Assembly (NCBI GenBank): GCA_043228905.1
Contig: JBHGNT010000002.1
Location: 10,354,001-10,418,000 of the forward strand
DNA from: Azolla caroliniana
Taxonomy: Eukaryota; Plantae; Polypodiophyta
Length of the DNA: 64,000 bases
Direction of reading: 5' to 3'
Every line of letters starts with the position of its first letter. The stretch's first letter is position 1. The translations under genes were made by a program, and so were the position numbers. The notes under the pieces were generated by a model. That model did not search any database and had not been told where the DNA came from. It saw only the letters and a list, made by a program, of their open reading frames with translations. Shown here in pieces: positions 54,020 through 64,000 of the stretch.

Positions 54020-56936
54020 CCTACCTCAAGGTGCAACAAACTCTATAGCACACATGGTGAATGCCATGAACAAAGTACTAAGAGATTGCATCCCAGATAT
54101 TACGATGCCTTTTCTCGATGATATCTCTATAAAAGGGTGTCCTGAATAAGAAAAGGACGAGTCTTTAGATCAAGATGGATGTCAAAGATTTGTTTCAAAC
54201 CATATTGAAGACTGTGAGAGAGTGCTACAAATACTAGAAGGAGCAGGGCTCGCATTCTCTGGAGAAAAGTCGACATTCAGCCAACGTGAGGTCCTAGTAG
54301 TGGGACATCTTTGCGGACCATAAGGACGGAAACCCTCTCCTGAGAAGGTGAATGCTATTCAAGAGATGCGAGAATAATGTATATCCTAGACAGAGGTGCG
54401 AAGATTCTTGGGAGTGTGTGTCTTTTATCATATTTGGATTCCGCACTACGCTCATGTCACCGAGCCATTATATGGATTGCTAAAGAAAAGGATGAAGTTT
54501 GAATGGTGAGAGGAGCATACAAATGCGATACAAGGATTGAAGAAACTACTTCTTGAAGCTCCAACACTAAGAAAGGCCGACTATACCAAAGGAAAGCCGA
54601 TTTATGTGATTGTGGATACGAGCCCAACTGGAATCAGGTGGGTCATTAACCAAGAAGGAGAAGATAGTGCACGGTATGCCATCCGGTTCAGAGCAAAGGT
54701 CTTTCGTGAATGATAGCAAGGATACACCCAAGTCAAGTGGGAACTTTGGGGTATTGTTTCTACGGTGAAGTTAGACAAAGACTACCTGATCGGGTTGGAA
54801 GTGATAATTGAGACGGATTGTCTCCCAATCCTTGGGATGATCTCAGGATGTGTGACACCAGATCTGGCTATGCTAAGGTGGATCACCTATATCAATTCTT
54901 TAAACCCAGAGATCTGCCACATTGCAGGAAAGAAGAACGCCATGGCTGACATGCTGTCAAGGGCAAGATTCGAGAATGAAAGTGACATGGTTTCAGAAGA
55001 TGAAGACGTCACCCTCGACTTCTTCAAGATGGCTCGACTATCGGCAGAAGGCAAGGGCACACCAACCCTCCACGCCTTCAACGAGAATTAGTATGAAGGA
55101 GAATGGTTATTGATCGGAAAATTCTTAAAAACAATGATGACGGATGCTTCGTGGACGAAGGAGGAGTCTTTATGAATACGGAAGAAAGCTTACCGGTACT
55201 TTCTAAAGGGAGGATTCCTCTGGCAGCACCCAAAGAGAAGGACAAGAATGCTATGTCGAGCAGTGGTGAAGAGAGAGGATCAAGCAACGTTGATGTCTCA
55301 ATTCCATGAGAGTCCTTGGGCAAGTCATAGAGGAACATGGGCGACATACCCACTCACCATACACTTCAAATGGATGGTGGACTTGGTCTCAATGCCAATT
55401 GGAGTGGGACAAATGAAGTACTTGGTACTAACAAGAGAAGACTTGACAAATCAAGTGGAAGGACGAGCCTTGGCAAATAAGACGATGTCAGCCATTTGTA
55501 AATTTCTACTCGAAGAGGTTGTCTATTGATAAGGATGTGTGGGAAAGATAGTGGTTGATCGAGGGGAGTTGGATGCGCACAAAGCAATGGAACTCTTCGA
55601 GCGATTAGGTGTGAAGCTCTCTCTCACAACTGCCTACAATCCGGAAGCAAATGGGAAGATCGAGCGAGGGCATGGACCAATAGTCAAAACCATCGTATGA
55701 GCATGCAACGGTTGAGTCGGGAACTGGCCGCGACTATTGCCCTATGCCTTGTGGGTTGACAGAACTACACATAGTTCTGTGACAGGGTATATGCCAACAG
55801 AACTTATGTATGGGCAGAAGCTGGTAGTGCCCATCGAAAAGATGATTGCCTCATGGATAGTGATACCATGGGAGAACGAGATGAGCTGAGAAGAATTATT
55901 GGCAACACGGATAAGTCAGCCCAAAAGAAGGCCGGAAGATCTAGAAAATGCGCGAAGATAATGGAGATAGCCCGATTGAAGAACAAGATTTGGTTCGACA
56001 AGACACATCGACTGCGTCCCAAGAAGATCGAAGAAGGAGATTGGGTATTGGTCTAGGACAATAGCCTTGACAATCAACACATGACAACAAGAAAGTTCGC
56101 AAGAAGGTGGTTCGGACCGTATGTGGTGATGAGTGCAAATGACAATGCCACCTACCACCTTGTGGAGATAGATGGATCAAGGTTGGCCATACCCATTGCG
56201 GGGAAAAGAGTAAAGATTTTCAAGAAAACACAAGATGAAGGTCTGGACCTCGATCACCTCAACGATGAAGATAGTAGGACGGAACCTGCAAACTTGAGCT
56301 ATGTGAACGAGGACGTGGAGGAATTTGATTGATCATCGTAGCCGATATCTCACACTCTCTTCTTGGCACGTACTAGAGGATGTGCAGTTTGGTGGGGGTG
56401 GATGTCGTGAAGATTTTTGGCAACGGTGTGAAAATCGTGAAGAACAGACAAAATCGAGAAGGTGTAATGTGCGCTCAAACATTTGTAAATATAAGACTAA
56501 AGCCTAGTAATACTTGAGTGCATACAAAGGGGTGCAAGCAAAGTTTGAACCTTCCACACCCAAGTTAGGAAACAAATTGACTTACCACTAAAGCTACTAC
56601 TAAGTGCTTTAGATTTTCTACATTTTGTTTTCACATTCAGTATTCCATAGGAAATAAATACATAAAAAACCATGTGCACAAACCCATGGTTTTAGCTCGT
56701 GGTTTTAGCCTGTGGTTTTGGCCCATGGTTTTAGCCCGTGGTTTTGGCCCATGGTTTTGGCATGGAGAGACCTATAAAATCCTCTAGTTGAGCTTGTGTA
56801 AGGAGGAGGCAAGTGATGTAAGGAAGAAACTTCTAATAAAAGATCTAAGCTATCTTATTGGTGATGTATCTTGTCTCTAAAAATTGAAGTCAAGGGCAGG
56901 GTTCAATCTCTCTCTCTCAATCTATCTCAGAATTGG

Positions 56937-56971
<35 letters not shown>

Positions 56972-58131
56972 TAATTTCTTGCTAAAGCTAGTACAAACTT
57001 CGAATCCTTCCGATCCAAGACCTCGGTGGGCCCGCTTCATTTTGCGAACACGCGAGGATTTCCTCGATAGCATGCCATGTGTTGCCCTAGGAAGCTGACG
57101 AGGAGCGAGGCCATAACAACTATAGCCGACTAGAGTGTGAAAGGAGCCAAAGCTGATTTGGACGAGCCGAATCGGATAGACCGATTAAGGGTGTGAAGCC
57201 GACTAGTAATAAAGTGGAATTATTATTGTAATTGAATTATTAGAAGAGACGTTTTAAATTAGGATATGAATAGCTATGCCGTATAGGAGTAGGGATGCAA
57301 TCTGAAAGGATATGTCAATCCGAATTGGCTTGTAACATTACTACACTTACCTATAATCAGGGCATAGCTCATTGTAAATAAATGGTTGTATATCGATATT
57401 AATTATTAGAAGAGAGTATTTTTGTATACATTGCCAACTATTATTGTTCTATGTTAAGTCTGATTCGGTTTCTAATTGTGGTGATTGTGGCCGATCCGCT
57501 AGAGTGATTGTGCAAGCTGATCCGACTAAGTGTTGAAGAGTCGATTTGGCTTATTTATTATTGCAGTCTAAGAGTGTATCCATACCTCCAACCACACCTT
57601 TTGGGTACCTAACTGTGTTTCGACTAGTGATTAGCTGTCAACAATTACTTCATCGAAAACCTCTAATCCAAGGCTAGTACTAATAGATGTCGGCACAAAA
57701 GAAACTTCAACATTGCAATGGGTCTCGAAAAATGAAAATTTGTGTTTGATTATTATTCAAAAGCAAAAGAAAAAGAAAATCACATCATAATCAATTGCAT
57801 AAACCTAACACAATAAGAATAATAGCAGTAATTGTGTGATCCTTACTAAGTAACTAAAATGCTAATAATTAAAAAAGTAACTAAATAAATCAAATTATAA
57901 TAATTGTAAACAAACAACAAAGCAAAGCTCTCCCATTCACTTCTCATACTAATACTAATACCAATATTAATCATGATCCAAAATATATTAACAAGCAAAA
58001 TAATTAAATCATACTTCACATACTACAGTTACTACAAGTAACAAGATTAATAAACTAATCTAAAAATTAATAAACACAAACAAATAACAACTAAAATGAT
58101 ACTAATACTAATATCATAGTAATAATAATAA

Positions 58132-58448
58132 GGGAAAAGTACCAGGATACCCCTGGAAGTTCATCTATTTACCAGAATGCCCCTAGAAGTTCCAAATTTA
58201 CCAAACTACCCTACCCTAAGTCCAAAAAAATACACTTTACAAAGTAATTATACACTCAAATCTACAAGGCCTATTTACCAGAATACCCTTAAAACACAAA
58301 TTTCTTTACTTAAGAGATTCTTTGGGTCCTTTGTACTTACTTTATAAAGTGTATTTTTTTGGACATAGGGGTAGTTTGGTAAATTTGGAACTTCTTGGGG
58401 CATTTTGGTAAATAGACGAACTTCCAGGGGTATCTTGGTACTTTTCCC
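58132..58448. mobile_element. Mutator-like MITE (317 bp)
   Basis: Imperfect TIRs of ~115 bp (GGGAAAAGTACCAGGATACCCCTGGAAGTTC.../...GAACTTCCAGGGGTATCTTGGTACTTTTCCC). 9-bp TSD TAATAATAA, in low-complexity flank. Confidence 0.88.
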
Positions 58449-58689
58449 TAATAATAATCACAATATCATCATCTTCGGTCATGGCTATTCTTCCATCAAC
58501 ATCCCTCTGTATCAAACCCATGTGACCTTTTTCGGCGACTCTCTCCTTTCTCTGAGCTTCACGGCCTTCACAACAGAGGAAGGAAAGCAACTACTAGGCT
58601 GCAAATTCGTTCTGCTGCGTTGCAACATCTCTTCTAACAAGTTTGATTTCTGTCCAGATTAACTCTTTTATCCATCACAACTCGTGTAA

Positions 58690-61600
58690 GAAGTAGAAGT
58701 AGAAGAAATTAGCAGTGGTGGTGGTTGGGGAAAAGGAAGGAGAAGGAATTTGAAGGGAAAAGAGAACGATTAATTAGGAAATAGGGAATCTTACAAACTC
58801 ATGACAAGAAGAGAGTTTATGTATACACCGTCTTCGTCAACGCCCAAGGGGTGATCCAATGAATCGGTTCCTGCTTCTCCAACGATTGACGGTACTATCA
58901 ATGTCCAATTGGCACCGGAAGATGAGCTCATTGTCCTCAATGAAGTTAAATGATTGGAGTAGTGCTCGGTTGTTGCCCAAGTCTTGGGAAAACGACCAAG
59001 TAGAGGGGATCTTCGTCATCTTTTCCAAGTAGCGTTAAAGGAGAAACTAGATAAGCTTATTGATATACAATTGATGGGCCGAGGTTGCTATCAATTGAAG
59101 TTTGAAGATCATTCTTCTGTTCCCAATCTCCTTTCCATTCACTCCGTATACATCTCAGGTGCATGGGTTCTTTTTTTCCCATGGACCCATGGTTTTGATA
59201 CGACAGTCATGTAGATGGAGGCAATGGGATACTTTACATGTACTATTGTTTTTCCGGGCCTAGATAAGGAGTGGAGGGAGGTTCTTCACAAAATCGGGGC
59301 ATCAATCGCTAAAGTTCTACATGTTATCTCATCTACATTTAGGGACATTGTAGAAAAAGGAGGAGCTTCGTTTGTCAAGCTACTTTGCAAAAAAGATGCA
59401 GTGTTACCTAATTGGATTCGTCTTCCAAAACTGCAAGGTAATATGTTTCAAAAAATTCAAAAAGTGCTTTACTTCGGTTTGCCCAACCAGTGTTTTTCTT
59501 GTAAAAAAATTGGCCATTTGGCAAAAGACTGTTTGACTGCCCATGGGAAGCCTATTGGAGCTATGAATAAGCAAAATAATAGTGTTGTCACTAGATTGTT
59601 GCCTCATGAAACTCAACAAGTAAAGGGCTTCGATATATCGTTAGATAAAGTGGGTAAGGGAAAATGTGTTGATATGATTTGCTCCAATTTCCCTCAATTT
59701 GCATTATCAAAATGTATTATGGACACTTTGAGGCAAGATTTAGGAATGTCGGTTTTTGCTCCATCTATGGAGATCATTCCAGCCATTCCTCCTCCCTTTG
59801 TATCCCTTTGTATTGCTTGAATGCAATATGGACATTTTGCAAAAACATGTAGTTATGCTGGTTTCCATTTCCTCTTTGGAAATTGTTCAAAGTTAAAGCA
59901 TCAGTTCAGAAAATGATAACATCGTTTCAACATAATGATCCAAAGGTAGATGCTCGATTATATTCAATTGTTTTGCAGACACGGCTCGGGCAATCACCAT
60001 ATGTTTTTACATCTGCAAAGGATACTATAGAAGCACTTGGGAATAGCAAAAATAGGGTACATAAAGACCATCCTGTTTTATTCAAGGATTCTCGTGTGGA
60101 AAAAAGAATAACAAGAGCAGTAACTTCATCTCGAAAGGAGAGACAAGTGGTTTTGACTGATAAGAGGTCTTCTCCATCGCAATCTTGATATGGATTCTTT
60201 TAATATTTTATCTTGGAACCTTCAAGGGTTAGGTGCAAGTCGTTGTAATAGAGTAAAATGTTACTTGAATCAAGAATTACCTTTACCTTCTATAGGTCGA
60301 CTTGATATGCTATTTTCAAGAACACCATCTTAATTCACGAAGGATAGCATCGAATAGAAATTTACTATGTGGTAATTGGATTTATGAATGGGTTCTGGCT
60401 TTTGGGCCCTCTGGTACTCAAGGTGGCCTTTGTATCGCACTTAGAATGCAATGACAGTCTCATGTACAAGCTAAAGGAGTCTTGTTTGGTGGTAGAGTTC
60501 AATATATGCTTATTCTTATTCCTGGAAAATTGATTGGTTTTTTGAATGTATATGCTCCGAATTCTGCTATTGGAAGAATTCGATTGTGGAATAAGTTATT
60601 GCAAGATCTTCCTGTGGCACAACATTGGTGTATGTGTGGTGATCGGAACATGATCGAAAGCCCTATTGATAGATTAGGTGGATCTTCTGCTACTATCTCG
60701 TGTATGGAATTGTGTGAGTGGGAGAAATTAATTTTCAAATATGAAGTTACTGATTTGGGGCATATTCCTACTTTCTCTTGCATGCCTGATTCCTTGTTAT
60801 ATTCACGTTCCAATCGAAGAAGTGCCACTCTCAATTTGTTGAGAATAGAGAAGTTTTATGCAGATTCTTTCTTTTGGGATCGTGGAGGATATGTGGGTAT
60901 TATATCGGGCACTTCATTCTCTGCTCATGCCCCGATTATGCTCAAATTCTGTATGGACCACCATACTTCTATTTCTCGATTGTATGTGCTAAGGTTTATT
61001 GTTGACAATATGAATTTGTAGAATACAGTGTCGTCCCTTTGGAGAATGTCTATAGGGGATTCTAATTGTCAAAAATTACAAAATGCTCTTCTTGCAGTTT
61101 CCAACTTCTTTATACAACAAGTGAAGATAAAACAAAGTAGTTACACTAGAAATTTGCTGAATGCTAAGAGAGGTTTGGCTTCTCTTCAAATTTTGCAAGA
61201 AAAACAACCTCATTCTCAATATATTCATTGTGACTTACAGAATGCTATGATGCTTATTTCTTCTTTGCAGCAAAAACATGCTCAATTCTTTCTTCAAGCA
61301 TCTGCAACAAGATGGTGTGCAAAAGTTGACATCATGTCAAATTTTTTTTTTCCAGCATGTATGCCTAAAAGATATAAAATTCAGATTGTACAATTGAAAA
61401 GATCTGATGGCACAGTTACAATGGATAGAGATGAAATGAGGCATATTATAGCCACCTATTATGAGTCGTTGTTATCAGCAGATACTCCAAGTGTTGAAAC
61501 TCTACAGATGTGCCAAAAAGTATGGGTTGCTACTGCGGTTAAGGTAACATCTCGGATATCTCTTCAGCTTCTTCGTCCATTTTCCTCCTTTGAAATATTA

Positions 61601-64000
61601 CAAGCTATTAAAGGTGTTGGGCCAGATGTGTCGCCGGGAGTAGATGGAATGGGAAGAGATTTTTTCATTATATATTGGGATTTGATTGCCGATGATCTAC
61701 TGGCACCATTTCAAGAAATGTTCAATACAGGTATTATGCCACAAAAGTGGAAAGAGGGATTAATATGCCTCAATCCGAAAGGTGATGTTACGGATTAGGT
61801 GAAGGGTTGGTGGCCCATTACAATTTACAAAATTTATGCTAAGTTATTGGTCTTGAGATTACAACCTTTTCTTCCAGAGATTGTGCATGATTCACAGACG
61901 AGATTTATGCAAGAACGTAGTATTTTTTACTATGTTTTTCTGTTTTGGGAATTAACAGGAATGGCAATGAAGAATAAAGAAGATCTTGCGGTACTTTTAT
62001 TAGATTTTGAGAAGGCATATGACAGAGTTGATTGGGACTTCATGGAAGATTCATTTTTGAGATTAGGTTTTCCTGCTCAATGGATTAAGGTTGTGGCTTC
62101 CTTGTATCGTGAGGCCTTTAGTTCAGTCTTGGTTGCCGGTGGACAAACTAGAAAATTTTCTATTTCGTGTTCTGTACGTCAAGGTTGTCCATTGGCCCCA
62201 TTCCTGTTTTTGCTAGTAATGGAAACATTCTCAATGTTTTTTAATTCTTCTCAAGTTTCTCTGAAGGGTTTGCCTTTGCCTGCCATGCAACAACAACTGT
62301 TGGATGCAGAATTTGCAGATAATATTGCAATTTATGGTCAAGGTAATGATGAAAATTTAAGTAAATTGCAAGAAGTAGTGGAGGAATTATGTTTGGCCCT
62401 CTGGAGGAAAGATAAATTGGCATAAATCTCTTGGTTTTTGGGTATCACAAAATTCCTTGCCTACTTGGATGCCTTCACAGGAATTCAAGTGTGTTCCTAA
62501 TGGAACCACTGCTCGTTACTTAGGCTGCCAAGTGGGACTTCATGTTACTGCAGATATGTTAGTTGCTCCTCTACTTGTAAAATTAAGGAGAAAATTGTTG
62601 CTTTGGGATTCGGTTAACCTGTCACTTGCAGGTCGTGTACTTTTAGCTAACCAAATTCTTTTAGCTACTATTTGGTATATTGCTTCAACTACATTGTTTT
62701 ATTAGATCTTGTATTTTACAGGTGCAACGCCTCATTCGTAATTACATTTGGGGAGGAAAAACAGGTCAAGGTAAAAGGCCTAAAGTAGCTTGGGCAGTAT
62801 TGATTGCTTCGCGACAAAATGGTGGGTTGGGGTTGGTGGATCCAGAAGCACAATGTAAGGCTTTGCTTTCTAAATTTGTGTGTAGAGCTATGTTGCCAAT
62901 GCAAGGTGTTTGGAGTTGGTTGATGATGCATAGGCTGTCTACTATGTGCCCGACAATAGGAGGAAAGTGGCAACCATCATTAAGATGGGGCTTTATTCAG
63001 AATTTTCATTTATTTAAAACAACCTTATCAGAAGATAGGTTTTTTAATGAAATTCTCACAAGTTGGTCAGTTGTTAAAAAGTTTCTAGTTCGGAAGGTGC
63101 CTTCGACAACGGATGACTTGTTGAGACAACCCTTGACCTGTAACTTTCTCTTTTCAGATTCAAGGGGTTTTCTGCTTGGTAGTCATGCTCGGTTGAATTG
63201 GGCTTTTGTGGATGCATCAATAGCAGGTAATGTTCTATCATGGGGATGCTATGTTATGAATCAACCCTTACAATCTCTGTGCAGGCTTTCAGTTTGAGGA
63301 AGTGCTATTATGTGCAATGATATGCAAGTGGCATTGGGACAATTTATGGCTTCATGGTCCCCCTCTAGCAATCAGATTTCGTTTGGTTATTTCTCTCCTT
63401 TAAAAGTTATTTTAGGAGATAAAGTAATTAACACTACGGGTGATGTAATATACTTTAATGTGGATGATGATGGTAGGTTGTGGCATGTATTTTCTGAATC
63501 AGATGTGTGGATGTTCGCCAATGTTTCAGCGATTTGAGTAGTTGCAAGATCTGGAAAAAAATGGTTCTTGGATCCACCCTTTCAAGAATGCTTACGGTGT
63601 TGTTCATTGTGGGTTTTTCAAAAAAAGCCGCTTTATAATTTGGATTGGGATCCAGCTGATTATCAATGGAGAAAACCGAATGCTAGTGGAAATGGTAAGC
63701 ATTTGGAGTTCTTCCAGTATTCAGTTAAGCTAGGTAGAAATTTATTATTGCAATCAAAGTATAAATGCCTTGCTGCCATGAAGCATTGGACTGCAAATAA
63801 TGTGAATGCATTGCAAAATACAAAATTTTGGAAATGGTTGTGGAGTATGTAGTTACCGAAAAAAGCGATTTGTTTTCGTTGGTTGTTGATGCATTATGCT
63901 CTTCCTATTGGTGATTGGTTGAGGTAAAATCAACAATATGCTTGTGGAATGCATTGTGGTGCATCTGTGGAATCTATTTTGCACTTGTTTTGGTTATGTC
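58690..64000 (+). mobile_element. Degenerate L1-clade LINE running off the window end
   Basis: ORF1 relic ~58801-60188 with CFSCKKIGHLAKDC knuckle. ORF2 from 60190: MDSFNILSWNLQGL and NVYAPN (endonuclease), LLDFEKAYDRV, VRQGCPLAP, EFADN (RT), terminal C..C...ESILHLFWLC. Many stops and frameshifts. 5' boundary approximate. Confidence 0.93.

Larger units (their letters stand above)
38755..57069 (+). mobile_element. Element G: Ty3/gypsy (non-chromovirus), hosting I and H
   Basis: LTRs 38755-39400 and 56403-57069. Flanks GCGT/GCAT. PBS 39408-39425. PPT ~56390-56402. Gag knuckle CVWCDNMDHLRRDC, protease LIDHGSEIN, RT (TLPQGATNS rejoined across H; FLDD), RNase H, then integrase (YNPEANGKIERGH), i.e. 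RT-RH-INT order. No chromodomain seen. Confidence 0.95.
27058..57165 (+). pseudogene. F: degraded coiled-coil-rich ORF of unknown origin, in three pieces (27058-27572, 37088-38754, 57070-~57165)
   Basis: The frame reads through the D TSD (RATKDMAERNWKLMKAADY). E/K/Q-rich heptad-like stretches (RIQALEETLQQA; LAEKMDRLKEENRERLKKLVEEEMDRLKAELQQQ). Many stops. No gag/pol motif recognised. Confidence 0.5.

Overview
Land-plant nuclear DNA; a fern or other non-seed plant is plausible from the TE lineages but is inference only. The left third holds two minus-strand host genes: an intronless IBH1/AIF-type atypical bHLH gene (2468-3589) and a six-exon SAP18 gene (15593-20505) whose intron 4 appears to need a GC donor. 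From ~21 kb to ~57 kb lies a three-level transposon nest, reconstructed from LTR pairs and target-site duplications (TSDs). An old, unexplained coiled-coil ORF (F) received copia A, copia D and Ty3/gypsy G. A then received copia B, solo LTR C and an RTE LINE; D received copia E; G received copia I and copia H. A Mutator-like MITE and a degenerate L1 LINE end the window. Top leads: (1) a 10-12 bp stem with an invariant 18-nt loop enclosing the PPT/LTR junction in three copia families, with one compensatory change; (2) a tRNA-Trp-primed gypsy lineage with 4-bp, CpG-centred TSDs; (3) the ORF F relic. All calls were made by eye, without database searches.
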